DNA of 62,706 nucleotides, the filler included, from Circinaria calcarea (Eukaryota), in NCBI GenBank assembly GCA_051942165.1. It is 6 parts of 6 records of this genome, joined end to end, with 100 filler letters (N's around TTAATTAATTAA, not from the genome) between each part and the next. Parts side by side here need not be neighbours in the genome. Positions count along the whole stretch, not along the records: positions 31,434 to 41,799 come from JAVECS010000817.1; positions 41,900 to 52,255 come from JAVECS010000818.1; 4 more parts are not named here. One strand, written 5' to 3'. Below are positions 36,132 through 49,734 of this stretch, piece after piece (position 1 is the first letter of the stretch; each line of letters opens with the position of its first letter). The notes beneath the pieces are model-generated. The model was not told where the DNA came from. It was given only the letters and a program-made list of their open reading frames with translations, and did no database searches. The position numbers and the translations under genes were made by a program.

Positions 36132-36974
36132 ATGTCGGTCCATCAGGCGCGACCTCCGACACAGATGTTTCCCTTTCTTTCCATTCCTGCCGAGCTTCGC
36201 TTTATGATTTATGAGTGGCTGTTCATCGGAACTAAAGTATATCCCCTCGCTCCAAGGAGACCGCCGTCAAATCTCGGTATTCTACGAACGAGCAAACAGA
36301 TTCGAAACGAAGCAACCCATTTTCTCTACAAAAGAGCTCAGTTTGTCATCAACACTTCTTTATACCATCCAGATATAACCAGCCCTTCGTTAGAGCTAGT
36401 TGATAGCGCTCACCGGATCACCCACCTCTCCCTTACGCGTTCACATAGAAGTAAAGACTGGGATTGGGCCGAGGCGGGCTTCATAGTAGTGTCGTGGTAC
36501 TTTCCAAACCTTCAATCGATCCTGTTGGACATGTTCCAGGCTCGAGGTTTACTTGATGATCTCCTCAGACTAGAGTCCAACAAACCAGCTATTGAAAGTG
36601 GACTGAGAAATCATCTCAGTTACAAGTTGCAGGAGATCATGTGGCTGTTCGTGATTCATTTCTCATTAACAATCCTCCTATTACCGTCCGAGGTCTCAAT
36701 CCAGGGTAAAAATGTCTACCAGCAGTGTCCTATGGCTCTATCTAACCTCCGCAACATGATTCAGAGACTCGTCGACGCAGAGAATGACCGAGAGCCACAA
36801 AAGTCCATACTCGTTGAAACATACCCTTACAAAAGACCGTTCAATCCAAGTCCTCTAGGTCCAACAGCTCCGAACACACACTGTTCGAAAGAGTGCAATG
36901 CTAAAGTTACGGACGAAAATGATTCTGAGAAAGGATTCAGATCCGGGATAACGCAATCTGGAACCATAGCCTAG
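36132..36974 (+). CDS. F-box/2EXR-like hypothetical protein (280 aa)
   Basis: FPFLSIPAELRFMIYEWL followed by ILRTSKQIRNEATHFLY. Confidence 0.7.
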   Translation: MSVHQARPPTQMFPFLSIPAELRFMIYEWLFIGTKVYPLAPRRPPSNLGILRTSKQIRNEATHFLYKRAQFVINTSLYHPDITSPSLELVDSAHRITHLSLTRSHRSKDWDWAEAGFIVVSWYFPNLQSILLDMFQARGLLDDLLRLESNKPAIESGLRNHLSYKLQEIMWLFVIHFSLTILLLPSEVSIQGKNVYQQCPMALSNLRNMIQRLVDAENDREPQKSILVETYPYKRPFNPSPLGPTAPNTHCSKECNAKVTDENDSEKGFRSGITQSGTIA

Positions 36975-39900
36975 AATCTAATCCGTAGATTAGGTTAATG
37001 CCTCTCTATATGTCCGATCCTCAAGGAAGAGCATCTTCAAGGTTGGTCAAGAGACGAAGAGTGGACCGTGTTATCGTCTGCGGATCGGCTGCAAGTTTTG
37101 GAATCATGGACGCTGAATGAGACAAGCGACACGCATTGGGGAAGTGCAATGGTCTCCCCCGGATTCGGTCATCACTCGCTCTTTGTTATAGCTTTTCATC
37201 CAAGGTATTACCGGAGTATTTTGGGAAGTGGTGCTGGTGCCAGCGGTGCACAGTTAGGTTATGTTGTAGATGCTGGGGCGGTCATCGTGAAGAGGACGTT
37301 GGCATGGGTGACCCTGGTATCATGATTACCAGCATACCTTATCACCGGATGCATCCTGCCCGATCGAGCGAGATCGACCAAACAGTTGTATTGGGAAATT
37401 GTATTGGGAGAGATGGAATAGGGAAGATCTATGGCTTCAGACGCTGACATCTTGATAGCTTTTGTTGATGTGAAGGGCTGATAGTGAAAGGTATATAGCG
37501 AGGAAGAATTGGTAGCGGAGCAGAAAAGCTATTGGAAAAGGGGCCAGATTCGTTGACAGCTGGTGCCTAAGGGTGCTTCTCAAACAGACCAAAGCAGGAA
37601 AGGTAGGGCTTGTTAGAAGATGTGAAAATGTATACGTGGAGTAATTTGTATTGCATGAAGGCACCGAGGCAGGATATATAGAAGATCAGGAACGGTAGCA
37701 CGTGGAAAATAACAATGAGATTCGGCATCAGCAAGAATTCAGTCTTCTCGCGTATCCATGGCTCAATAGCGCCCTAACTCCACTTCCAGACTCATATGGC
37801 ACTACGCAAATGCACTTTCGATGCCCCATCTGCGCTTATATGAATGGGCCTCTAGATCAGCGTAGGAGCCATGGAAAGGCAGCCTACCGTAGTGCTAGTA
37901 TGCGAATTCCAGTCTCGCTCGATAGTGGTAGCCCCGATGCCATGGAAAAGTCTAGGAAGATGACGCGAGAATGATCTGAGGGCGATCGGATGGCGGAGTG
38001 CCCAGAACTTGCGAGATCTTGGGAACTCGTAATTCTGGTACCGAATCCCCGTAGACTGTTTGCGTACCAGTACTAAAAGACGGCAAGAGGAAGCGGTGTC
38101 CAGTCAGAGAAGCTGGATTAGTCATGAACAGGGGGTATAGAAGAGGCTAAGATTAGATTCGAGCACGCTACTCCGTACCATACAGTAGTATAGCCTGGGG
38201 TTGTAACGGAAGCGCGCATCACAGTACGTACTGTAAGGGCAAGCGGATATTCAGCAGCAGTTGTGGGAGATGGTGGAGCGGATGTCCCAAAGTCCGACCG
38301 GTCAGAGCACCCACATGGCGGTACAGCGGAAATACGATGTTGCCCAAAGATATGAGCGTGTAGTCCAGTCCATCTGGGTGGCTGGTCTGGACGTATCCAA
38401 CCTCCCCCACTCCATGTGGAAGCCACTCCCTATCCCTCATCCGTACATATCTCCGGATCGCGAAACGAGATTCTGGCTGCACCTTCAAATCATTCTGACG
38501 GCTTGGACCTGCAGCATTCGACATTGCCAAGCCTGCACGTTAATGCTGCCACCCGGTCCTCCCGAATATTCTCCGCTGGCACGCATGGCCTCGAGCGGGT
38601 CATCGCCAAAACGGCCAGGGGCTATGATTGCCTCTAGTATCCGTTTCCTGGAGGCGACGGCGTGATTCACAAGATTACCCAATTCGTACTCCGTACCCCC
38701 CCTGAAAGCGCATATGCGGGAACAGGGGGGGAATAACACCAGAACTGGGTTCAAATCTCAATAGCGCTACTTTTGGTGGTTTGGTGGTTCCTGTCTTCTC
38801 TTCCCCAATCCGCTTGCGTGCATGCAGTACGAAATAGAATGGGTTCTAGAGCAGCCAAGCAACCTCAGATGGATCTTTGGTACGACCAACCAGATTAGCG
38901 AGCTTATTCATCCACATGGACATTTTACAGACACCAACCGCCAAATGCTTCAAATGCAAAACCGATTCATCAGAATCGATACGCCGTTACAAAGTAAGTA
39001 TTGGCGATCTTCCAGGGCTTGTTAAATCAGCCTCATTCTGGGGCCTTATCGGATGGAGCCTAGTTCGGCTTGATGAATTCTTTCGATTGGTGTTTTGCTC
39101 AACCTCGGACCTCGCTGCTCATCGGCCTTGGTCTTTTCTAGAATCGCAAGCACAGTCACACGAGCAAGCACCGTAGTACGAGCATTGCTGCTGACAGGCT
39201 TGCGGCCATCCGTCGCGATTTGCAATCCTCAGGTGTGGCTAAACGGAACCAGGCCCGCCCTAAAGAGACACAGGTGCGAGAAGTTCTCCAACAACCCGAT
39301 ACCTAGCCAGACATGCCCCACAGTCGACAAACAGTTCATGCAGGCCATGGCTGCCTAAATGCGCCAAACACCAGATTCAGCATTGTAGGGTGCATCTCCC
39401 CAAACCGTGACGAAAGGAGAGGTTCTCGTTCCTGATCCGTGGGCCATACGAGGCTGCGCCGGTCAGATTCTCGTACAAACAATTGGGGCAAAACGTTTCT
39501 TAGGGACTCGACACCCCGGGTTTGCCTTCTGAACCTGTAGGATTCCGAGGCCCCAATTGAGCGAACCTCAAGAGAAACCAAACGCCTACCAGAATCCCTC
39601 TTCTCCCCCCAAGCCCTTGGTGGAACGAGACGACAAGGTTTACCACGCGGATGTCTATTGATGCGCCCGAAATACTCGACCATGTGGCGTCCATACTGTG
39701 CTTATGCGGTAGGCCTTGCTTGTTTAGATACTATAGTTATACCTCGATTGAGGGCACGACAAATGAAAAAGCATGGGTTTGTGTATTAAAGCTTATTCGA
39801 CGTGGAGGTGTGACAGACGGAAAACCCATTAACATCACTGGATTCGAAGCCCCAATGCTGCCTAACAGATGGCACGTGAAAGGATCTTCTCGGAGGAGCG

Positions 39901-40290
39901 TCACCAAACCGTCCTTCGTTGACGGGAGCTAGCCTATATACCCTAAATTGGATCCGTTATGTCTTTGCGGTCAATAAGCCAGATCGCTCTAGTCCTGGAT
40001 GACGCTGCAGGTACCGGGCTTCCACTCAGGATAGCTGCATCCATGTCGAAATAGGTGTCAACCGTCGTAGGGCATGAGGATATGGGCTTGGCCAGACTCT
40101 CATCCGTCAGAAGACTTTGGGCTTGCTCTAGTCGAGGCCTGCACCGTTCATACACCATGTGCTTTCCGTTTGGCAGCCTTGGCTATAAAGCCAGTGTCCC
40201 ATCATATCTCTGAGTTACTTGTCTGTTCATTACGAGTTTGTTGCAAAGCCAGTTGGTTATCTTCTTTGATAAATGTTCTTTGCAGTCGAT

Positions 40291-41799
40291 ATGCTTCCTT
40301 CACCGGTTCTGTGCTACGTGGCTACGCTGCTTATCTGTGGTGCACGTCATGCTGTGGCTGGGATCGATCCATGGCTCTCGCCAGTGTATGGTTTCTGCAG
40401 CACCTCGTGAGTATACCAACTAAGCCGGCTCATCATAGGTATCCCGATATCTTCAAGCACCCCTTACCAATACCACCAGATCTAGCCCCATCAGCGAGCT
40501 ACACAAATACCACCACTGGGAAGACTATCGACTTCTACGAGATAACCATCAAAGCCTTTAATAAGCAAACGTACCCTAACCTTGGAACCACAAGCTATGT
40601 CGGGTATGTGTCTGGCTCGATTGACGGTTTGAAATTATATATTAACTGGCACTAGGTACAACTCAATGGCTCCTGGACCAACTATGCGGATAAGAAAAGG
40701 TCGTGAGGCGGTAGTCCGGTTTATTAATCGCCACAGTCAACCAGCATCCATTCACCTTCACGGCTCCTACAGTAGAGCACCATTTGATGTAAGTTTACTT
40801 ACAATGCTCTGTGGATCGTGAGCTATCAATCTAGTTTTACCCCACTTTGTCCTGACTTGTGCCGTCACACTTCAGCCTCACACTGCTCTTGATTTGTTGT
40901 AGCCCTGCAACATCTAACTAATCCGTTATAGGGCTGGGCGGAGGACGTAACCAACCCCGGTGAATACAAAGGTAGGCTGGAATTCTTCCGACCTATGGAC
41001 ACATAATTCTAACCATGAGCAGACTACTACTATCCAAACGCGCAGCCGGCGCGGACCCTATGGTATCACGATCATGCTATTCATATCACAGCGGTCAATG
41101 CCTACTTCGGCCAAGCTGGGTTCTACATTTTGGAGGATGCTGCTGAGCAAGCTCGACTACAGCTCCCAACTGGTGCCTATGATATCCCAATGATGATAGC
41201 CGACCAACAATTCCGGTCCAATGGTCAATTAGTCTCTCCCGAATTCGAGACGGACAGCTTCTACGGTGATGTGATCATTGTCAATGGGCAACCATGGCCC
41301 TATATCTCCGTCGAGCCGAGGAAGTACAAGTTTCGTCTCCTTGATGCTTCAGTCAGCAGATCATTCAGCCTGTACCTTGTGGCGGATAATAATCCAACCA
41401 AGCGCCTTTCTTTCACTGTTGTCGGTGCTGACGCTGGATATTTGGATCATCCGGTTCCTACCACGAATCTCGTCATTGCAATGGCCGAGCGTTACGAAAT
41501 TGTTATTGATTTCGCTCAATTCCAAGGGCAAACCCTGACTTTGAAGAATGAGTACGATTTTCAGACCAATCCAGATCATCCAGCCACTGATAGGGTCATG
41601 CGGTTCGTTGTTGGGAGCAGAGTGACCGATCCTGCCAACAACGGGGTCATTCCAGGCCATCTCGCTGATCTCGCCTTGCCCGGACAGCATACAGTCGACC
41701 GATCCTTCGAGTTTGGGCGTAGTAATGGACAATGGCTTATCAACGGGGTTGGGTTCGCGGATGTCAGAAATCGTATCCTTGCCAGGCCAAGGCGCGGCA
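40291..41799 (+). CDS. Secreted multicopper oxidase, bilirubin oxidase-like, 3'-truncated, multi-exon
   Basis: Signal peptide MLPSPVLCYVATLLICGARHAVA; PLPIPP; APGPT; copper motifs IHLHGS and WYHDHA; NAYFGQAG; VNGQPWPY; EPRKYKFRLLDAS; MAERYE. Confidence 0.92.
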
Positions 41800-41899
41800 N
41801 NNNNNNNNNNNNNNNNNNNNNNNNNNNNNNNNNNNNNNNNNNNTTAATTAATTAANNNNNNNNNNNNNNNNNNNNNNNNNNNNNNNNNNNNNNNNNNNN
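41800..41899. other. Artificial contig linker
   Basis: N44-TTAATTAATTAA-N44. Confidence 0.98.
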
Positions 41900-41906
41900 T
41901 AACTCC

Positions 41907-42526
41907 TCACGTGAAGGTAGTTCCTTCAGCTGGCTGAGGAAGTTTCTTGTGTTGCGGTAGTGCCATGAACCTGTGAGAAGAGCTGTAAGCTATCGTACAG
42001 GCCCTTGAATAGATCGACGCCAACCTTCTAAGCTCAATGAGGATTGTTTCCATTGTGAACTCTCTCTTCCACTGAGATAAACATGGCAGTCGCGACGGAT
42101 CCACCTAGAATAATGTCAGCACCATCTATATTATGTTGCTGGTTCGGGCTGTATGTACCCTTCCTGTCCTCTGATCGACACAGGGTAGGTTGATCTTTGA
42201 AACAAAGTGGACAGTGGGAGGAGTGTCAGGATAGTTGTCACCGCAGTGGATGTTTAGGCTATATATACGGTTCTCGTGCGCGCTATGCGGTGGTCCCAGT
42301 ATGGTTCCGTTCCAGTTGGACATCATCAGGTCGTCACCATCTGTCAGGCCGTAGGAGCACGCCTCTAAAGCTTGTATCAGATAAAATCCCAATGTACGCC
42401 CCTACCAAGAATCCTTCATGTATGAGCTACCATCAAGCTCATGCGAGACATACCAGCACCAAGACCCTTTTCTCCCTTCTCGAGTTCCTCCAACAGACGA
42501 AAGTTCCGTGGGACTTTGGCACCCAT
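41907..42526 (-). CDS. MMS2: Ubiquitin-conjugating enzyme variant Mms2/Uev1, 4 exons
   Basis: MGAKVPRNFRLLEELEKGEKG, SYGLTDGDDLMMSNWNGTILGPP, ENRIYSL, KKLPQPAEGTTF. Confidence 0.95.
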
Positions 42527-42949
42527 CTCGCAGTGTTGGGATGGGCGAGAGTTGCTCGAGGTTGACTGATAGAACTTATAGATAGGATAAAGCGAGAGTC
42601 AAGCGAAGAAAGGAGTCGCGATGGTCCACAAGGTGGTAAAGGTTGAAGCCTTTCACTGCCACAAAAAGTGAAGTCAAGCCTTAGGTGAATGTTTATCTAG
42701 CGGGGCGATATAATACCATACCGATGCTATGGTAGCGGTTATTTAATGCCTCTCGCAAGCGTGTTCTAAGAATAACAACATGAATGTTAAGGTCCTTACT
42801 CCGTATATATGGAAGCATTTAGCATTGCGGATGCCACACAGCTCTTTTTCCTTCACATAATTGAAAATGAATGATAGACAGACGTGTGGACACATATCTA
42901 GACCATCACCCCGGAGTCGCCCAATGCTGCTGTCGTCCTGCCTCTCGGA

Positions 42950-45900
42950 ATGACAGCCCAACTACTCACCTCAGAGCTATCAGGACTTATCCAGGAATCG
43001 AAGCGAAAAAATGCAGATCTTCGAAGTGTAAGTTTCCTTGGACGTTGCAGAACATGACAGGCTGATCTCAGAATAGGCGTCTGAAAAGTCCCTTGGTGAA
43101 CTTAGAGGGCTGTCGTACACGTCTGAAAGTCAGCTAGCAGCGGGTAAGCATTCGAGTCATCGATGTCGAACTGTTTTGCTGACCTCGAAAGAGATTTAAG
43201 ACGGCGGCCAAACTTCGTGAGACCATTCATCATTGCATGCGGTTCTCGTAATCCCAAATACGCGGGTAGCGCCATCATCTGCCTGCAGCGCTTGATAGCG
43301 TCCAATGGGTTAGCACCGGAGACTTTGAGGGAGGTTTTGGATGTGCTCCGAGAATGCTCTCTCTTAGGTGCGTTTCCTCGATCATTAGTGTTAAGCACCA
43401 AAGCTGTTAGCTAAGAGTAGTATGATAGGGCTTGATGTTCAGCTCAAGATATTACAAGCCCTGCCTTCGCTGCTACAGAACTATTCAAACCGACTCACAG
43501 GTGAACTTCTTGCATCTGCATTTGAAGTTTGCTTTCTGCTGCTGGGTAGCAAAACAACCGTTGTGTCGAGTACTGCGGCAGCCACTTTACAGCAGTTAGT
43601 AGTTTCAGTGCTGGGTAAGGTTGGATCAGAAGATGGTAGGCCCGAAAACTTAAAATGATCAAATTTTCTTGCCAAATCTCATACTTATGGAGGTTAGCAC
43701 GCCCACCCGAAGGAGAGCCTACCAGAGAGGTTCCTACAGAAGATGGCACGGTGCCAGTGCGTAAAGCTGCATTCGATGGCTATCATGTAAGTTTCTATAC
43801 CATATCTGACGATTTTGGTGAATCTGACCTTTTAATCAGTTGCTTAACGACATCAGCTTGATGACCGAAGGGCAAAGGCCTCAATTTCTGCGTCCAGCGT
43901 CGATTTCAACGGACTTTGGTCTTGAGCTTATGGAATCTATACTCTCAAATCATGCAGACATAATATGTTCACACCTAGAGGAGATCAGCGTGTTGCGAGC
44001 AAGACTAATGCCCTTGATCATAAGGATCTTATCCGAGAGGGTCACTTTTTCGACCACGTTGCGAGCGATGCGTCTTCTTCCCATGATCTTTGGGAACATG
44101 CTCAACCTATTGACAACAGAATGTGAAATGGTGCTAAGCCTTTTAAACCACATGCTAGATCCAGAGGCAGCGATAACTTGGAAACGGGTTCTCTGTATGG
44201 AGGTCTTTCGTAGCATACACAGTGAGCCTGCCCTAGTTCGAAGCATGTATTTTCATTTCGACGAGCAAGAAGGGAAGAGAAATATCATTGGCGATCACTT
44301 GGCTATTATGGTGCGTCTAGCCGCCGAGAAGCCTTCTGTCATCGGACTTGGACAGCAATCTTCAATGCCATCTACATCTGTCGAACTGACTGATGCAGCC
44401 GACGAGCAGGTGGCCTTACAAGCTGAAGGAGTTGCAGGGACAATAGGGGCTGCCATGAGCCTAAAGGCATCCAATGCTCCTGGCATCAGCACACAGTGGA
44501 GTGCAATGAAGGTTGCCTGTATCGAGCAGCTTGACAAAGCAGAACCACCAAACATACCACCCACGTACATCTACAGTCTTGTCCTCACGTGTATCAATGG
44601 CTTCTCGGAGGGCCTGACCCGCTTTCTGCTACCGTTTTCGCTTCCTGCCGAGAATAAGTCGAGGCGGAAACAGCGACCAGGCAAGGATGGTGATCTAATC
44701 AACGGGTTCAATGAGTCGAAGGGTGACGAGACTCCAGTCACTGACCAGAAATCAAAAACATCCAAAACCCCGTCATTTTCACGACCAATGCTGCCTATCA
44801 ATCCCATATCCCTGGAGACGCATGTACTTTATAGCCAGATACGCACATCAGCCATGATGGTTGACACGTGCTGGCCTGCGCTATTGGCAGCATATTCCAC
44901 CTTCCTCCATGCGACGCTTGACTCTGATTACTATCACGCTCTCATCCGGTCCTTTCAAAAATTCACACAAGTTTCAGGGATCCTCAGACTCTCCACCCCT
45001 AGAGATGCCTTCCTCACAACTCTTGGTAAAAATGCGGTGCCACCGGCAGTGGTTGCTGCTCATGCTTTGGCGACATCTCCAACACCTTCGTTAAAACGAC
45101 ATAACCATGACCGGCGTCCTAGTGGGATATTGGAGAGTGAGATTGGCAACAATCTCTCCACTTCAGATTTGTCTGATACGTCAAGGCATTCCCTCGAGTC
45201 GGTTAACGCGAATCTACATACACGCAATCTTCTTTGTATGAGGGCACTGTTGAATTTAGGCATTGCTTTGGGCCCCATATTAGGAGACGCGTGGTCCATT
45301 GTTCTAGAGACACTGCAACAAACGGACATAGTGATTACAAACCTAGCATCTCAGCGTCGCCAAAGTCGAAGTGGCCAAACCACACCTACCAGCTTGACGG
45401 AATCCGGCAGTAGTGGCGGTCTGGGAAACGAGATTGCCGCGGTGAAGGTAGCAGCCGCACGACTGCTCGAAAGCTGCAGCGAGCTACCGAACGAGGCGTT
45501 CTTGGATGTCTTATCCAGCTTCCGTAGCTTGCTCCGCGATTTACAACATGAAACCGGACGTGAGGATGTCCAATCAGCGTTAGGAAGTTTGTACAGCACA
45601 TCAGGTGTAGCAGTCAAGGAGCACGGACCTGACCTGAACGCGCGTGCGAATGGCTTTGTGGTTGAGAACATTAACAAGCTTGTCGAGTACAACATCCCTC
45701 GTCTACTCGACACCGAACAGGGAAAAACCGGGTGGACGCTCATCCACAATATATTCATAGATGTCATGAGCAGGCAAGGCTTCGACCCGGATCTCCGCCT
45801 CAAGGCAGCAGAAGCAATGGGGAATCTCATAACTGCCACGGCCAACCCGGAGATCTCACTCGAGGATCGTGACGAGATCAGGGAATGGGGCTTGATTGCT

Positions 45901-48390
45901 TTGAAGAGACAAGTTCAATCGTTGTATCACGCAAGTGCTGAAGATAAAAGTTCCAGGGGCTGTGAAGTTGAAATCCACCGGCTCTCTTTGGAAGTATTAC
46001 GTGCTGCGCTTGAGAAGTATGGGGATTCTCTGAGTCTAGGGTGGCAGCATGTTCTCACCATTATCTCAAGTATCTTTGAAAAGCCCCGATACCGCCAGAG
46101 AGAGATGGCACAAGAAGACGTCTTTTCAGGCTATGCGGAAATACGATCATCGAAACTCATTAGATCCTCTTTCGGTTCTCTGGAATTGATATGTTCTGAT
46201 TTTCTTGGCTCTATACCCCAATCATGCTTTCAGTCCTTATTAGATACAATTTATCTTTTCTGCAGCCAACAGCAAGACTTCAACATATCTCTTACCGTGA
46301 GTTTGCTATGTAGAACTTCATGCGTTCGGGAATTGATGATCAGCAGTCAACGACGCTTTTTTGGAATATCTCGGATCATCAAGAGCAGAACGAACCCACC
46401 TTTCAGCTTGAGCAGTCGATGGATGACAGTGTCAGTACAGATCTCCAGACCATGGAAGTTGATGACGGATGCAGCGAGGTTTTAGCAGCACGGCTGCGGT
46501 CGCATCTCCTGCATTGCCTAGTTGCAACGACGACGGACCCCCGACTTGAGATTAGACAAGGTGAGCGGGAATCTGTATTGGTTGATATGAAAAAGCTTAT
46601 GTCCAACAGGTGCTTTACACATAATATCCAGAATATTGGATACCAACGGGGGAAAGCTGCGACCTGTTGATTGGTCGATCTGCCAGAAAACAGTCATCCT
46701 ACCAATCCTTTCCAACAATCTAAAGCTATATCAATTAGCAATGGCAACCGCAACGGGCAAGTCAAGTACAGATTACTCCGGCTGTAAGCAAACAGTTAAA
46801 GGCATACTTGATATCATTGCAGGCCTATTCGAAAATTACTATAGGGCCATGGCTTCCGATTCGGATTTTGACAACACATGGCACGACATGGTAGAAGGAC
46901 TTCAAGGCCTCCTTGATCTTCAATCACTCGATCTTAGCACGGCCGTTTTCGGTGCCCTATCCAGGATTCTGTCGGAGTTCATTAAGGCGAAAGACCGTTG
47001 CAATACAAGCACGGAGAAAGTCTGGAATCTCTGGCGGAAAGGTAACCCAGCGCACCACACGGACGGGCCCAACAGCACTGGGAATGATAATCAACCAGCG
47101 CTGCTAGCCTACCTCCAATGTCTTCACGACTTGTATCGGCTCAAGGTCGATACGATTGACTTAGATGAAATCAAGATCATCTTCGAGGTGCTACGAAATT
47201 GTGCCATAAACTCAAGTCCGATGTCGTATTGTGGTGATACTGACGTCCTCACGCCTTTACAAGTCAAATTTTTAGGCAGCATTGAGATGATCGGGACCGA
47301 AATACAGGGTGTACCATCCGAGCTCATCAAATGTATTTCATTCTTTGTAACCTTGGCTTACAATAACCAAACTGCCAAAGACTTGAGTCGCAAAGGACCA
47401 ACCTATGTAGCACTTTCGAAATCCGCCATGGACCTGCTGAAGAATTGCGTGACGAAGCATCTTCCAGATGAAGACATACACCAGAGTAGTGCTTTAACGA
47501 CAGCCATATCAGCTCTGACTGTACCCATACAACTCAAATACAAGTGGCAATTACAGGGAAAAGATCCAGTAACCTGGCATAAAGCAACCACGACAGCTGT
47601 ATCTATCCTGAACGATGCAATACCAGTAGTACTGGAAATGCAAATGAAAGATACAGATCGCTCACCCTTTTGGAGGAACGTGCTCGATCTCTGCAAAGCC
47701 ATCATGTCCGCAGACGCTTTCTTTTGTGATATAGATTCTCCAGTTGACTCTGACCAAGATTTTGATATCATGGCGTTTAGCGAACTACGGAAGCTTCTTA
47801 CGCCTGCACTAGGATCGAGTTTAGTTACAGATCGACTCCGTCGCTCCTATGCCGATTCCCTGTTTCAAAACTCCATCATCCATCAACCTCATCCCGATGA
47901 CCTTCCCCAAAAAGATGAAGACTTCTTCGAATGTCTACAGAGCGTACACATCGGCCGTGTGCAAGATCTGCCTCCCAGCCCACGTTCGAAGGTGAGTTAT
48001 GTCCTGCTGGACGAGTTGTTCAACCTCGTGGCGGTTCATGATAGCTCACCCGAGAGGATCAAGCTGGCCCAAGCAGCTGCACCTTACCTTATCCTGAGGG
48101 CAGGCATCGTACTCAAGGCGTACATCCTCGATCAGCCATTGCGGGGACGAATGCCTCAGCCCATGTCCCAGAGGAGGGAAATGTTACATGTTCTGCATAA
48201 GCTAGTCGAACTGGACTCGGAACCGAGGGCTATTCCGGATGCACCGGGGGTCGTGTCGGATCACAAGAAGCATTTGCATCGAGTGTTTGGGTTAGTCACG
48301 AAGGCATTGGGTGTCGCTCGGCAGGATGAAGAAATGCAAAGGACGCTTACGGAGGTCATAGAAGCTGTCGGGCAGGACTTTCGGCTCTGA
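42950..48390 (+). CDS. MON2: Mon2 endosomal/Golgi ArfGEF-like protein, multi-exon
   Basis: MTAQLLTSELSGLIQESKRKNADLR, DVQLKILQALPSL, CIEQLDKAEPP, PRDAFLTTLGK, SLELICSDFL, QDFNISLT, DQPLRGRMPQP. Confidence 0.93.
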
Positions 48391-49057
48391 GGATGGAAAA
48401 AGGGCGGGTTCGTGGGTGGCAATGGACAAGGTTAGTTTCGGAGTCCTCCAGGCATTTGGTCGATGATTCGACGCCCCTACTGTTGAATACCCCGTGGAAA
48501 TGGCATCTTTTGCGTTGCAACACGGCAAGGACTTGGTTGGCTCCATCTATGATGGAGTATGTAGCTAGCATATAGCTAGCATGGCGTTCTACGTAGCTAG
48601 TCAAGACGTCGTTCGTCCCCGACACTTGTACGCAAAGCGTTGCCCATGACAGTGGTATAAGAATTTCATTCCCTCGCATTTCCTCGCTGTAGAACTAATA
48701 ACCAGCACTCCATCCCCAGACTTTTATTATAGGGTTGGCAGCACCTTTACAGGTAGACATGGAGACAAGTACTGAAAAATAGGATACAAAACCGTCTTCC
48801 ATTTCCGTAGTCTAAGGTCAGCTCTGCCGAGGTCATTCTACCATCTCCCGACCCCGAGCTACGTCATCCTCGCCACTGCCGCCCCCATTCCAATATCCCT
48901 CAGCCCTCTCGGATTCCATCATCTCAAACCAACGGATTCCCTTCCTTTCTTACACTACACTACCTTTTCCAACATCACCTCCAAAAACCAAACTAGAATA
49001 ATACTCTCCGTAGAAAGAGAAGAACAAGAAAAGAAAAAGAAAACAGCGAGAAAAACC

Positions 49058-49734
49058 ATGCCCCTCGTCGTCCCCGGCATCAACTCGGGCGGTGACTCCC
49101 CGCAAGCGACGTGGATGAACAAGCTCATGGGGAAGAAACTGGGCGAGACGAGTGATGAGGTCGTATGTTTTCTCCCTTCCCCCCCTTCTCCCTCCCCCCG
49201 GACAGTTTCCCTCGAGCGAGGGCGAGGGCGTAGCCGAGATCAGAGAAAGAGAGAGAGAGGAAAGCCGACACTGACGCTAACTCATCCGGGGGTTGTTGGC
49301 ATTCCTTAGAATTTCGCCAAGCAGGACCTGCCCAAGGAACATCGGGTCGTCAAGGAAGGAGACATGGTGACGCAGGATTTTAACCCGGCGAGGTGAGTTG
49401 TGTTCTTTGGCTTTCTCGCTGTTCTCGCTTTTTTCCTTTTTCCTTTTCGCCTGCGTGCTTGCTTGGCTCGTCACGTGCGGTTGGACTGGGTTGGAAAGGG
49501 GGGGGGGAAGGAAAGGGTTCATAGGAAGGGGATGGGAGAGGGTAAGGGAATAGATAATGGGAATCGAGAGGGAGGGATATTATTGGGAGGAAGGGATGCG
49601 GATAAATGGACTTGTACTAGAACCGTGGGAGCAAGAATTCGAGGCTAACAGGTTTCCCGGGTTCGCCGGGAAAGTATAGGTTGAATATCCACGTCGCCGA
49701 CGATGGGACGGTGAAGCATGTGGATTTCAAGTAG
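49058..49734 (+). CDS. Small peptidase inhibitor I78-family protein; exons 49058-49162, 49310-49392, 49680-49734
   Basis: Spliced product MPLVVPGIN...WMNKLMGKKLGETSDEVNFAKQDLPKEHRVVKEGDMVTQDFNPARLNIHVADDGTVKHVDFK. Confidence 0.85.

Noticed and set aside
37000..40200. ORFs of 60-135 aa between the F-box-like gene and the multicopper oxidase
   Set aside because: They overlap on both strands with no recognisable family. A relic cannot be excluded without a search.
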